From Candidatus Limnocylindrales bacterium (GTDB taxonomy: Bacteria; Chloroflexota; Limnocylindria; Limnocylindrales; CSP1-4): 39,432 bases of DNA. How positions within the stretch are numbered: position 1 is the first letter of the stretch; each line of letters starts with the position of its first letter. The stretch spans positions 1 through 39,432 of the forward strand of contig DASQLS010000182.1 of assembly GCA_035629915.1 (NCBI GenBank). The letters are read 5' to 3'. Positions 15,066-23,529 of this stretch are shown here, piece by piece. The translations under genes were made by a program, and so were the position numbers. A model generated the notes under the pieces. That model had not been told where the DNA came from. It saw only the letters and a program-made list of their open reading frames with translations, and ran no database searches.

Positions 15066-15691
15066 GCCACACGGGAGCCGACCGTCGGCGCCTGCTGATC
15101 GCGACCGGTTCGCGCCACAAGTTCGAGGAATTGAGCGCTTTGCTCGACCTGCCGTCGACGGAGCTGTTGTCGCTGTCAGATGTGGGTTTGACCGACTCGG
15201 CGGTCGAAAACGGCCAGACCTTCGAGGCCAACGCCCGAATCAAGGCGCTCCACTATTCGGCGTTGTCGGGCCTGCCCACGCTGGCCGACGACTCGGGGCT
15301 CGAGGTCGACGCGCTCGGCGGCCGACCGGGCATCTACACCCGTCGCTTCGCCGGTCCCGACGCGACCGACGAGCAGAACAACGCCAAGCTGCTGGCCGAG
15401 CTCGATGGCTTCTACGGCCCTGACGAGCGCACCGCCCGCTATCGATGCGTGCTGCTGCTCGTCGACGGCGACGGTGCGGAGGAGATCACCACCGGCAGCC
15501 TGGAGGGCCGCATCGCCGACTCGTCGCGCGGTGGGGGCGGCTTTGGCTACGACCCGATCTTCGAGCCTCTCACCGAGCTGGCCGGGAGTCGCACCGTCGG
15601 CCAGATGAGCGCGTCAGAGAAGAATGCAATCTCGCACCGCGCCCAAGCTGCGCGCGCCATGCGTGACCGCCTGCTCGCGCGGGGCTACTGA
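15062..15691 (+). CDS. rdgB: RdgB/HAM1 non-canonical purine NTP pyrophosphatase
   Basis: LLIATGSRHKFEEL, ENGQTFEANARIKA, LADDSGLEVDALGGRPGIYTRRFAG, GFGYDPIF and SEKNAISHRAQA match the family. The GTG start overlaps the rph stop by 4 nt, the classic rph-rdgB pair. Confidence 0.9.
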   Translation: MSHTGADRRRLLIATGSRHKFEELSALLDLPSTELLSLSDVGLTDSAVENGQTFEANARIKALHYSALSGLPTLADDSGLEVDALGGRPGIYTRRFAGPDATDEQNNAKLLAELDGFYGPDERTARYRCVLLLVDGDGAEEITTGSLEGRIADSSRGGGGFGYDPIFEPLTELAGSRTVGQMSASEKNAISHRAQAARAMRDRLLARGY

Positions 15692-15891
15692 CAAATCACC
15701 TGGCGCGGCTCGGATTGTGAGAAATACGCACAACTGAGCCTCGAATCCGGCCAATTGGCGATCGTTTCGGTCGATTTGTGGATCACTGGCACCAATACAT
15801 CCGATTCGAGGGTCGAAACCGCCTCAATCTGTCGAATCGGTCCCAGTTGTGTAAATAGGACACAACATGGCGGATGGCCCGAAACTGGCGA

Positions 15892-16782
15892 TCAGGCGGC
15901 GCGGATGCGCTCCACGGCGCGGGCGATGGTCTCGATTGCACCCATTGAGGGCGGCTCGAGGCGGCACATGACCTCGGCCACTCCCTCGACTCGCCAGGTA
16001 TCGAGCGCCTCGGCGATGGCCTCCTCTGTGCCGCGCACGGATTCCGGGCCGTTCTCGGGGGTCGTCGCCGGGTCAGCGACCGCAATGCCGACAGTCACCT
16101 CGATCTCGCTCGGGTCGCGGCCCGCGTTCTCACACGCGGCGACGAGCAGGGCGCGCTCGGCGCGAAACTCGTCCGTCGGCAGGCCGTACCAGACGCTGTT
16201 CCAGCGATCGGCCCAGCGCGCGGTGAGCGCCATCATCCGCGGCTGGGAGCAGGCGATCATGATCGGAGGTCCATTCGGCCGCGGGCCCGGCGGACGCAGC
16301 TCGGCCGATCCCTTCGCCCACTTGCCGTCGTAGTCGACGCGGCCCTCGCGCAGCAGCGGCACGATCACCTCGAGCTGGTCGGAAAAGAGGCTGACCTTGT
16401 TATCGAACTGGAAGTCGAAGGCGCGGAACTCGTCCTCGCTCCAGCCGGCGCCGAGGCCGAGCACGAACCGGCCGCCGCTTATCTCGTCGATCGTGTTTGC
16501 AGCCCACGCCGTCATCCCGGCATTGCGGAAAGGGCCGCACAACACGAGCGGCCCGAGCTCCACCCGCGTTGTCGCCTCGGCCAGCGCAGCAAGGATCGAC
16601 ATCGACTCCCACGCGCCACGCGCCTCGCCGTTCTCGTTGAGGAAGAACAGATGGTCGGCGACCCAGATCGAGTCGAGGCCCGAATCGTCAGTCAACTTGG
16701 CCAGGTCGCGCATGGTCGAAAACGGGTGGGCGCGCCGCTCGGGCATACGCTCACCAATCGGGATGCAGATGCCGACGCGCAT
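15892..16782 (-). CDS. LLM-class (luciferase-like) flavin/F420-dependent oxidoreductase
   Basis: MRVGICIP...LDSIWVADHLFF...FVLGLGAGWSEDEF fits the luciferase-like TIM-barrel pattern. I preferred ATG 16782 over the track start 16800. The cofactor (FMN or F420) cannot be told from sequence. Confidence 0.8.
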   Translation of the reverse strand: MRVGICIPIGERMPERRAHPFSTMRDLAKLTDDSGLDSIWVADHLFFLNENGEARGAWESMSILAALAEATTRVELGPLVLCGPFRNAGMTAWAANTIDEISGGRFVLGLGAGWSEDEFRAFDFQFDNKVSLFSDQLEVIVPLLREGRVDYDGKWAKGSAELRPPGPRPNGPPIMIACSQPRMMALTARWADRWNSVWYGLPTDEFRAERALLVAACENAGRDPSEIEVTVGIAVADPATTPENGPESVRGTEEAIAEALDTWRVEGVAEVMCRLEPPSMGAIETIARAVERIRAA

Positions 16783-16825
16783 GGCTCCAGCGTAGCCCAC
16801 CTAGAATGGCCGAGCCGTTTCTTAT

Positions 16826-16900
16826 CGGGGCGTAGCGCAGTGGTAGCGCACATGCTTTGGGAGCATGAGGCCGCGGGTTCGAGTCCCGCCGCCCCGACCA
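16826..16900 (+). tRNA. tRNA-Pro (anticodon UGG), CCA encoded
   Basis: Hand-folded cloverleaf. Acceptor: CGGGGCG/CGCCCCG. D arm: GCGC-AGTGGTA-GCGC. Anticodon arm: CATGC-TT TGG GA-GCATG. Variable loop: AGGCC. T arm: GCGGG-TTCGAGT-CCCGC. Discriminator: A. CCA is encoded. Confidence 0.9.
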
Positions 16901-16912
16901 ACACTCTGTTCT

Positions 16913-16950
16913 GGATGGCCGCAATCGCCTTTCGGCGCACACGACCATCC
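16913..16950. terminator. composite hairpin between the tRNA-Pro gene and the convergent beta-propeller gene
   Basis: ggatgg...ccatcc forms an outer stem around an inner cgcc-tttc-ggcg hairpin with a symmetric 7/7 internal loop. It fills the 51-nt convergent spacer. Confidence 0.3.
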
Positions 16951-16951
16951 C

Positions 16952-18274
16952 TTAGCGCGGGACAGCCTGCCAGCTGACGCAGTCCAGCCTCTCATCCGAC
17001 GTCGTGATCGTCTCGGGGTCGCTGGCCAGGTTCGCCGGCAGCAGCATCACTGCTGCTGGCTCGATGCCTGACAACAACAGCGTCGAGCTATCCGGCGACC
17101 AGCCCTGCAGCCGTACTTGGGTGGACGTCGCCCTCGTCCGCAACGAGTCATCCTGGATTTCCAGCACGCCGAAGGTGAGCTGAGGGGGTTCGAAGTACTC
17201 GAAGGCGATCGAGTTGCCATCCGGTGACCATGCCAGGCCGACGTACTGCTCCGAGCGTTCGCTCCGCTGCCGATCACCCGAGCCGTCGGCACCAACGGTG
17301 AAAATCCGCTCTCCGATCTCCGAGGGTGCCTGCCCGGTGGGTGGCAGAACGGGCGGCGCCGCGCCGTCGGCCAAACCGAGGTACGCGATCTCGCTCGAGT
17401 CGGGCGACCATGAGAGCGGCATGCTGTATGCGCCGGGTCGCTTGCTAACCGTCGTGACCTGACCGGATGCCACGTCGACGACGTTGACTTCGACTCGGGA
17501 CTCGCTCGTGGTGTCGCCTCTATCCACCTGCTTCATGACCGCGAATGCGATGCTGCGCCCATCCGGCGACCACGTCAGCGATTGGTACGAGTGGTCGCCG
17601 TCGGGGCGCGCGGGAACCAGCACTTCGCCCAGCGTGCCGGGAGGCGGGTCGACGCCGACGTCGCGCAGCTGGATCTCCCGCGCGGGTTGCTCGTCGGATA
17701 CCAGGACCAACTCCGCCACCTTTGTGCCGTCGGGCGACAACACGCCGGCAAACGTGGACTTGTCGTCGAGCTGCCGAGCTTCGGAGCCATCGGCGCTCGC
17801 AACCGTCAGCACGCCCTGGACATATTCAGTCGGATCCGAGCCCGACCGGTAGATCAGCTTCGTACCGTCCGAGGTAAAGCGCGGGCATGTCCCGAAACCA
17901 ACGATCCGGTCGTCGGAACCGTCGGGATTCATCAAATGAATGGGTCCGTTCGGATTGGAAAACACGCTCCCAACCGAGTACGCGATCAAGCCGTTCCGCG
18001 CGAGCGGGCGATCGCTATCTCGCAGCAGCGCGCCCACGACGAAGATGCCGACGGCGAGGGTCAGGAGCAGGCCGATCAGAAGCAACAGCCAAGCGCTGGC
18101 GAGATGAGGACGGCCAGCCGACCGGAGGCGACGGAAGCCAAACGATCCGCCGTACTGCGCCGCGCCGGCGTCGACTGCTGCGCGGGTCAGCGCGTGCGCA
18201 TCGAACTCGCGGTCGCTGGATTCCGCCCAGTCACGGACGCGGCGCTCCAACCGCGTCTCGAATTCGCTACTCAT
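16952..18274 (-). CDS. single-pass membrane protein with periplasmic PD40/TolB-like beta-propeller; putative ECF anti-sigma/sensor partner
   Basis: The ATG at 18274 overlaps the sigma-factor stop by 8 nt. It has a short cytoplasmic N-terminus, a TM helix (AWLLLLIGLLLTLAVGIFVVGAL), then repeated PD40-like units (LSPDGTKVA, WSPDGRSIAF, WSPDSSEIAY, WSPDGNSIAF, WSPDSSTLL). No HxxxCxxC zinc anti-sigma motif is present, so the anti-sigma role is inferred from position only. Confidence 0.7.
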   Translation of the reverse strand: MSSEFETRLERRVRDWAESSDREFDAHALTRAAVDAGAAQYGGSFGFRRLRSAGRPHLASAWLLLLIGLLLTLAVGIFVVGALLRDSDRPLARNGLIAYSVGSVFSNPNGPIHLMNPDGSDDRIVGFGTCPRFTSDGTKLIYRSGSDPTEYVQGVLTVASADGSEARQLDDKSTFAGVLSPDGTKVAELVLVSDEQPAREIQLRDVGVDPPPGTLGEVLVPARPDGDHSYQSLTWSPDGRSIAFAVMKQVDRGDTTSESRVEVNVVDVASGQVTTVSKRPGAYSMPLSWSPDSSEIAYLGLADGAAPPVLPPTGQAPSEIGERIFTVGADGSGDRQRSERSEQYVGLAWSPDGNSIAFEYFEPPQLTFGVLEIQDDSLRTRATSTQVRLQGWSPDSSTLLLSGIEPAAVMLLPANLASDPETITTSDERLDCVSWQAVPR

Positions 18275-18818
18275 CGCCGAGCTCCTTTCGGAGGCGATCC
18301 AGGATCTTCGCCAGACGGCCACGGACGCCGGACGCGGTCAAGCCGGTGACCTGCGCAAGTTCGGTCGAGTTGAGGCCGCAGATGTAGCGCAGTGCCACCA
18401 GCGAGCGATCGTCGACCGACAGCCGCGCCATAGCGTTGGCCAGGTCGACGTCGCCGATTCGCGTCGCGGGGTCGGGTGCCGTGCGCCGCTCGTCATTGAC
18501 CACTGCGATCTCCACGACCCGGCGGCGGCGCTGGCTGCGAACGAGCTGACGCGCTTCATTCGCGGCAATCGAGCACAACCATGGCTTGAGGCGTTCCGGC
18601 TCACGCAAGCTTCGCAGCCGCTTCCACGCGATGACCCAGGTGGCGGCGGCGGCCTGGTCGGCGATATCCGGATCGCCCGTTACGACAAATGCGATTCGAG
18701 TCAGGTCGCGATGGTGGTGGCGGACGATCTGCTCGAAAGCCTCCTCGTCACCGGCGGCCGCGAGAACGACAAGACGCTCGGCACCTGGAGCCATGCTCGT
18801 CCCTGCCATACCGACCAT
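18267..18818 (-). CDS. ECF-type sigma-70 family RNA polymerase sigma factor
   Basis: Region 2 (FEQIVRHHHRDLTRIAFVVTGDPDIADQAAAATWVIAWKRL...LKPWLCSIAANEAR). Region 4 HTH (LSVDDRSLVALRYICGLNSTELAQVTGLTASGVRGRLAKILDRLRK). 183 aa. Confidence 0.85.
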   Translation of the reverse strand: MVGMAGTSMAPGAERLVVLAAAGDEEAFEQIVRHHHRDLTRIAFVVTGDPDIADQAAAATWVIAWKRLRSLREPERLKPWLCSIAANEARQLVRSQRRRRVVEIAVVNDERRTAPDPATRIGDVDLANAMARLSVDDRSLVALRYICGLNSTELAQVTGLTASGVRGRLAKILDRLRKELGDE

Positions 18819-18854
18819 GCAAGTTAGATGGTCGGCGACCCATCAAGTGTTTCT

Positions 18855-18884
18855 CGCGGGTTGTAGTCCCGCCGCCCCGACCAA
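18855..18884 (+). repeat. orphan copy of the tRNA-Pro(UGG) 3' end (T-arm, acceptor, CCA); att-like direct repeat
   Basis: cgcgggttgtagtcccgccgccccgaccaa compared with cgcgggttcgagtcccgccgccccgaccaa at 16872-16901 gives 28/30 identity in the same orientation. No matching 5' tRNA half lies upstream. The T-loop is mutated (TTCGA to TTGTA). Confidence 0.75.
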
Positions 18885-18919
18885 TTCTCGGAACTCCAAA
18901 GCGCGGCTAGCATCCGCGG

Positions 18920-19846
18920 ATGCCAGCACCTGTCATCAACACACCTCCTCATCTAGAGCACAGGATCACGACGCCCACCGGCCGCACCCTGGCGGTCGCC
19001 GAATGGGGCGATCCGAACGGCCTGCCACTCATCGCGATGCATGGCACGCCGGGTGGGCGCATCACGTACTGGGATGACCCCACGATCTATGAGCGCCACG
19101 GCCTGCGCCGGCTCACCTACGACCGGCCGGGCTACGGCGAATCGACCCGCCACAAGGGACGCTCGGTCGCTGATGCGGTCGATGACGTGGCGGCCATCAC
19201 GGAGGCACTCGGGATCGATCGCTTCGTCGTCTCGGGTGGCTCGGGCGGCGGTCCGCACTGCCTGGCCACGGCTGCGCTGATGCCAGACCGCGTCATTCGC
19301 TGCCTCGCCGAGGTCTCGATCGCGCCCTATCCGTCCGAGGGACTTGATTGGCTCGCGGGCATGACCCAGGGCAATCTCGATGAGTTCAATGCGGCGATGG
19401 CCGGCGAGGAGCCGATGCGGGCGATCGCCGAGCGGGAGCGCAAGACGACCCTCGAACGCCTGGCTGCCGGCCGCGAGGACTTCCTGGGCGACACGTACGA
19501 GCTGTCCGAGGCGGACAAGGCGCAGATGGCCAAACACATGGCCAGGATCGCCGACCAGTTCAACAACGCCCTGGCGCCGGGAGTGGATGGCTGGGTGGAC
19601 GACATGCTCGCCTTCGTCCGGCCATGGGGCTTTGATGTGACCGCGATTCGTGTGCCGACAGGGATCAAGTACGGCCGGACCGACAACCTCGTCCCGCCGG
19701 CGCATGGAGATTGGCTCGCCGCTCACGTCCCCAACGCGACAGTGGACGCTCATGACGCCGCCGGTCACGCGGGTGACGACGCCAGTGTCGAGCGCGTCTT
19801 TTCGTGGATCGCCGGCGAGATAAGCGACCTCTCGCCAGATTCCTAG
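18920..19846 (+). CDS. alpha/beta-fold hydrolase (proline iminopeptidase-like)
   Basis: HGTPGGR oxyanion-region motif, nucleophile elbow VVSGGSGGG (GxSxG), and a C-terminal His region (DAAGHAGD). 308 aa. Confidence 0.75.
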   Translation: MPAPVINTPPHLEHRITTPTGRTLAVAEWGDPNGLPLIAMHGTPGGRITYWDDPTIYERHGLRRLTYDRPGYGESTRHKGRSVADAVDDVAAITEALGIDRFVVSGGSGGGPHCLATAALMPDRVIRCLAEVSIAPYPSEGLDWLAGMTQGNLDEFNAAMAGEEPMRAIAERERKTTLERLAAGREDFLGDTYELSEADKAQMAKHMARIADQFNNALAPGVDGWVDDMLAFVRPWGFDVTAIRVPTGIKYGRTDNLVPPAHGDWLAAHVPNATVDAHDAAGHAGDDASVERVFSWIAGEISDLSPDS

Positions 19847-19925
19847 TTCTTCTGTCGCGATCGCGTAACGGGTAGCCCTTTCGCAAAGGCTCCGAGCTGC
19901 CGGCGCCTCATGGTTTGATGGCTGT

Positions 19926-20858
19926 GTGGGCACGGTGAAGCCGGAATCGATTGCCGCAGCGCGCCGAACCGTTCGACTCGGGACTGTCGCGCGCGAGATT
20001 GCGCGGCAGGCTGTGCGCGATGACGTCCTCGGTCTGTCGGCGGAGCTGGCCTTCCGTTTCTTCCTTGCGCTCTTTCCGTTTTTCATCGCCATCACGGCCG
20101 TGGGCGGCCTCATCGCGCCCGCACTCGGAATCGAGAACCCGGCGCGCCTGGCAGTGGAGCTCATCGGCGACACCCTGCCCACCGAGGGCTCGCAGTTTCT
20201 CGAGGAGCAATTGCGTCAGGTGATCGACAACGCAAGCCGGGGCCAGCTGTTGTTCAGCGCCGCCCTGGCGCTCCTCGTTGCCACGAGCGGAACCAATGCC
20301 ATCGTGAAAGGCCTGAATCGGGCATATGGCGTCAAGGAGAGCCGTCCCTACTGGCGGCGCTACCTGACCGCGTTGCTGATCACTCTTGCCGCCGGCACGG
20401 CAGCTGTTCTGGCCGTCTTGCTCCTGCTTCCGTTTCGGCCGTTCCTTGAGCCCTCGCTCGCCACGACCGTGCTGTCTGCCGTCGTTGCCGTCGTGCTGCT
20501 GACGGTCGCCGGCACGTTTCTGTTCAGGATCGGGCCCAGCATCAAACTCCCCATACGCGTCGTGCTGCCAGGCGCGGCGCTGTTCGCGGCGACATCGGCC
20601 GGTGCATCGATCCTGTTCGGGATCTACGTCTCTGACTTCGCCGACTACGCCAGCACATACGGCGTGCTGGCCGGCGTCGTGATCGCAATGGTGTGGTTCT
20701 ACGTGATGGGCTTCGTGTTGCTCATCGCAGCCGAGGCCAACCAGGTCGTGCACTCGCTGTCCGATCCGGAGGACATGGCCGAGCGCCGCGAAGAGGCCGA
20801 GCAGGAGGGGCGCGAGGACTTCCATCCGGGCGACGAGCTGCGCATGCGTTCGCCCTGA
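19926..20858 (+). CDS. YihY/BrkB family membrane protein
   Basis: The N-terminal pattern (AELAFRFFLALFPFFIAITAVGG) and six hydrophobic segments are typical of the YihY family. GTG start. Confidence 0.75.
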   Translation: MGTVKPESIAAARRTVRLGTVAREIARQAVRDDVLGLSAELAFRFFLALFPFFIAITAVGGLIAPALGIENPARLAVELIGDTLPTEGSQFLEEQLRQVIDNASRGQLLFSAALALLVATSGTNAIVKGLNRAYGVKESRPYWRRYLTALLITLAAGTAAVLAVLLLLPFRPFLEPSLATTVLSAVVAVVLLTVAGTFLFRIGPSIKLPIRVVLPGAALFAATSAGASILFGIYVSDFADYASTYGVLAGVVIAMVWFYVMGFVLLIAAEANQVVHSLSDPEDMAERREEAEQEGREDFHPGDELRMRSP

Positions 20859-20909
20859 CAGCGCAGACCACTGGTCCGGCGTGAGCCAGCGCAAACGTAC
20901 CGGTGCCGA

Positions 20910-22274
20910 GTGGTCATGGTGCGTGAGAGCATCGAGTGTGTGAAGAGGGAAACGGCGCGGCTGGTCTTGGTTCGTGCCGTCGCGAGCGGATTCGCGCTGG
21001 TGCTCGCGATCACTGCGCTCGGCATCGCGCCGTCTGTCGCGGCAGCCGACCCGCCCAGCAGCCTCGGGCTCGAGGCAACGTACGATGTCAGCGCCACGCT
21101 CAAGTGGGCCAAGAAGAGGCTGTTCGTCGTCAGCGTGGCGACGGTCAGGAACACGACTGACGAGCCGGTCAGCGAGCTCGTGTTCAACTTCGCGCCGGCA
21201 CAGATCGGATCGATGGTGATGAACCGGGTGCTGGTTGGACCCAACCCGGCAGCATGGGTGAAGGACGACCAGAACGTGATCGTCACCCTTCCCGCTCCAC
21301 TCGCTCCGGGTCAGCAGACGAACGTCACGATCGACTACAAGTCGACCTTCAACACCACCGCCGGTGGCAAGAAGTGGCTGTACGCCAAGCTGAACGGAAT
21401 CGTCACTGCGTATCGCTGGATCCCGTGGCTGAGCCGCGTCTACGACTTCGCCACGCCAACGTTCGGCGAGCCATTCGTCACCCAAGTCAGTGATGAGGTG
21501 CGCGTCAGCATCACCGTCGATCGGCCGGGCGTCGTCATCGCCAGCTCTGGCCGCCGGACCGGCGTCAACGGACTGACCCAGACGTTCGTCGCCACTCGGG
21601 TCCGCGACTTCAACTTCACCGCCAGCCCCAAGTACCAGACCTTCTCCGAGACCTCGGGCGGAGTGGAGATCAATTACTACTACGTCAATCTTTCGCTCGA
21701 CCGGCTGCGCACGAACACGATCAACTCACTCCAGCAGTTCACCAGTCTCGTCGGTCCGTATCGCTACAACCAGCTGTCGGTTGCCGAGTCACATGTTGGC
21801 TACGCGATGGAGTCGCCCGGCCACATCTGGATACCGGGCAACTCGCCCGCCAGCAACGTTCGCTATCTGGTCACGCACGAGATGGCCCATCAATGGTTCT
21901 ACGGCGTCGTCGGCAACGACCAGGCAAGCCAGCCATTCGCGGACGAGGCGATGGCCGAGTTCCTGACCCGCCACCTCATCGGCCATCGCAACTCGCAATG
22001 CGCGCAGGACGTGCTTGACAAGCACGTCTATGGCTACACCAAGGCGTGCTACTACGAGACGCTCTACGTCCAGGGCGATAACTACATCGAGGCCTATCGC
22101 CAACGGGTCGGCAACGACGCGTTCTGGGACGGAGTCCGGCGCTATTACGAGGAATACTCGTTCCGGATCGGCGGCACGAAGAAGCTCTGGGACATCCTCG
22201 ATGAGGAGGCTGGCGGTGCCGGCGGTGGCCACGAGACGAGATTCCCGAGCCTGTACCCGGGCCAGGGTGGCTGA
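20910..22274 (+). CDS. secreted M1-family zinc metallopeptidase
   Basis: The gluzincin motif HEMAHQWFYGVVGNDQASQPFADEAMAEF is present (HExxH followed by E 18 residues after the second His). The N-terminus is signal/TM-like (LVRAVASGFALVLAITALGIAPSVAAA). The start (20910 GTG or 20916 ATG) is uncertain. Confidence 0.8.
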   Translation: MVMVRESIECVKRETARLVLVRAVASGFALVLAITALGIAPSVAAADPPSSLGLEATYDVSATLKWAKKRLFVVSVATVRNTTDEPVSELVFNFAPAQIGSMVMNRVLVGPNPAAWVKDDQNVIVTLPAPLAPGQQTNVTIDYKSTFNTTAGGKKWLYAKLNGIVTAYRWIPWLSRVYDFATPTFGEPFVTQVSDEVRVSITVDRPGVVIASSGRRTGVNGLTQTFVATRVRDFNFTASPKYQTFSETSGGVEINYYYVNLSLDRLRTNTINSLQQFTSLVGPYRYNQLSVAESHVGYAMESPGHIWIPGNSPASNVRYLVTHEMAHQWFYGVVGNDQASQPFADEAMAEFLTRHLIGHRNSQCAQDVLDKHVYGYTKACYYETLYVQGDNYIEAYRQRVGNDAFWDGVRRYYEEYSFRIGGTKKLWDILDEEAGGAGGGHETRFPSLYPGQGG

Positions 22275-22326
22275 CGCCGACGCCAAACACGAACCGGCGT
22301 GGTGCGCGAAAGCGCCAATAGCCGGC

Positions 22327-22662
22327 TCAGGCGCTGGGCTGAATAACCCTCAGTCGCGGTAATCGCGGAGGCCCGCCGCCTTCCTGGGTGAGTGCCTCGG
22401 CCAGAGCTCGAAAACGCAGCGCAGCATCCGGCCGCAGCGTGTACCAGATCCACGTCCCACGGCGCTCGCCCTCGACCCAGCCTGCCTCGCGCAGCACGCG
22501 CAGGTGGTGCGAAACGGTCGGCTGGCTGACCGGGTAGCCGGCGGCAATGTCACACGCGCAAACGGCGCCGATATCGGCCAACTGGCGAACGATGCGCAGC
22601 CGAATCGGGTCGGCGATCGCCTGCAGGAGGCGAGTGTCGGGATCGATGCGGACCTTGCTCAT
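22327..22662 (-). CDS. arsR: ArsR/SmtB family metalloregulatory repressor
   Basis: Winged HTH: LLQAIADPIRLRIVRQLADIGAVCACDIAAGYPVSQPTVSHHLRVLREAGWV, with a CAC Cys pair in the alpha-3 position. Divergent from arsM. Confidence 0.85.
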   Translation of the reverse strand: MSKVRIDPDTRLLQAIADPIRLRIVRQLADIGAVCACDIAAGYPVSQPTVSHHLRVLREAGWVEGERRGTWIWYTLRPDAALRFRALAEALTQEGGGPPRLPRLRVIQPSA

Positions 22663-22681
22663 CGCGACAGATATTAGGCCT

Positions 22682-22719
22682 TGTATCGAGAAATGTCTAT
22701 ATTGACAACATTCGATACA
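22682..22719. promoter_or_regulatory. imperfect palindrome in the arsR/arsM divergent intergenic region (candidate ArsR operator)
   Basis: TGTATCGA(22682-22689) ... TCGATACA(22712-22719) are perfect 8-bp inverted arms. They flank an AT-rich core (gaaatgtctatattgacaacat) that is itself partly palindromic. This is the only AT-rich patch in the 65-nt spacer. Confidence 0.5.
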
Positions 22720-22727
22720 GGGCTACC

Positions 22728-23525
22728 ATGACGGTCGCCGACAGGTCCGAATTTCACGGAGGCTACGATCTCGAAATGACCAGCCCGATCCACGAAACGG
22801 TGCGCGATCACTACGCCCGCGCCGCGCTCCAGGTTCTCGATCAGCCCTCGGAAGCCGCGTGCTGCGGCGACTCGTGCTGCACGCCCGCCGACGCGTCGAT
22901 CGACCTTGCCCTGTACGACGAGGCGCATCGCGCCGAGCTGCCCGAGGCGGCCGTTCTGGCGTCGCTTGGCTGCGGCAATCCGGTGGCCGTGGCGGAGCTG
23001 CGCGAGGGGGAGCGGGTGCTCGACCTTGGCTCGGGCGGCGGCATCGACGTGCTTCTTTCCGCGCGACGCGTTGGCCCCAATGGCCGCGTCTTCGGGCTCG
23101 ACATGACCGACGAGATGCTCGCCCTCGCGCAGCGCAACGCGGCCGAGGCCGGCGTCGACAATGTCGAGTTCCTGAAGGGCTATATCGAGGCCGTGCCGCT
23201 GCCGGCCGCGTCGGTCGACGTCGTGATCAGCAACTGCGTCATCAATCTCGCGGCGGACAAGGAACGCGTGTTCGCCGAGATCGCTCGCGTGCTCCGGCCA
23301 GGTGGCCGCGTCGGCGTCAGCGACATCGTCGCCGAGGACGCGCTGTCGGCAGAGGAACGGGCCGAGCGGGGCTCGTACGTCGGCTGCATCGCCGGCGCGC
23401 TTTCGTTCGCAGAGTACGAGTCGGGCCTGCTGGCTGCCGGCCTGGTCGATGTATCCATCACGCCGACCCATGAGGCGACGACGGGGATGCACAGCGCGAT
23501 AGTCAGGGCGCGCAAGCCCGACTGA
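22728..23525 (+). CDS. arsM: arsenite S-adenosylmethionine methyltransferase (ArsM/AS3MT type)
   Basis: VRDHYA start. N-terminal Cys cluster [11 protein letters not shown] motif I: [12 protein letters not shown]. The VISNCVINL and GCIAGA cysteines sit at the positions of the catalytic Cys residues of ArsM enzymes. Confidence 0.85.
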   Translation: MTVADRSEFHGGYDLEMTSPIHETVRDHYARAALQVLDQPSEAACCGDSCCTPADASIDLALYDEAHRAELPEAAVLASLGCGNPVAVAELREGERVLDLGSGGGIDVLLSARRVGPNGRVFGLDMTDEMLALAQRNAAEAGVDNVEFLKGYIEAVPLPAASVDVVISNCVINLAADKERVFAEIARVLRPGGRVGVSDIVAEDALSAEERAERGSYVGCIAGALSFAEYESGLLAAGLVDVSITPTHEATTGMHSAIVRARKPD

Positions 23526-23529
23526 GGCT

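Noticed and set aside
15755-16333. A 192-aa plus-strand ORF and a 100-aa minus-strand ORF starting inside the rdgB/LLM spacer.
   Set aside because: Both run mostly antisense or out of frame through the LLM oxidoreductase gene. They have low-complexity Ser/Ala/Arg-rich translations and no RBS or motifs.
18819-18854. Whether the orphan tRNA 3' fragment is part of a complete second tRNA or pseudogene. The upstream gatgg-tcggcgac-ccatc hairpin resembles an anticodon arm.
   Set aside because: The loop is 8 nt rather than 7, there is no D arm, and no 5' acceptor strand (cggggcg) occurs upstream. Only the T-arm, acceptor and CCA portion is recognisable.
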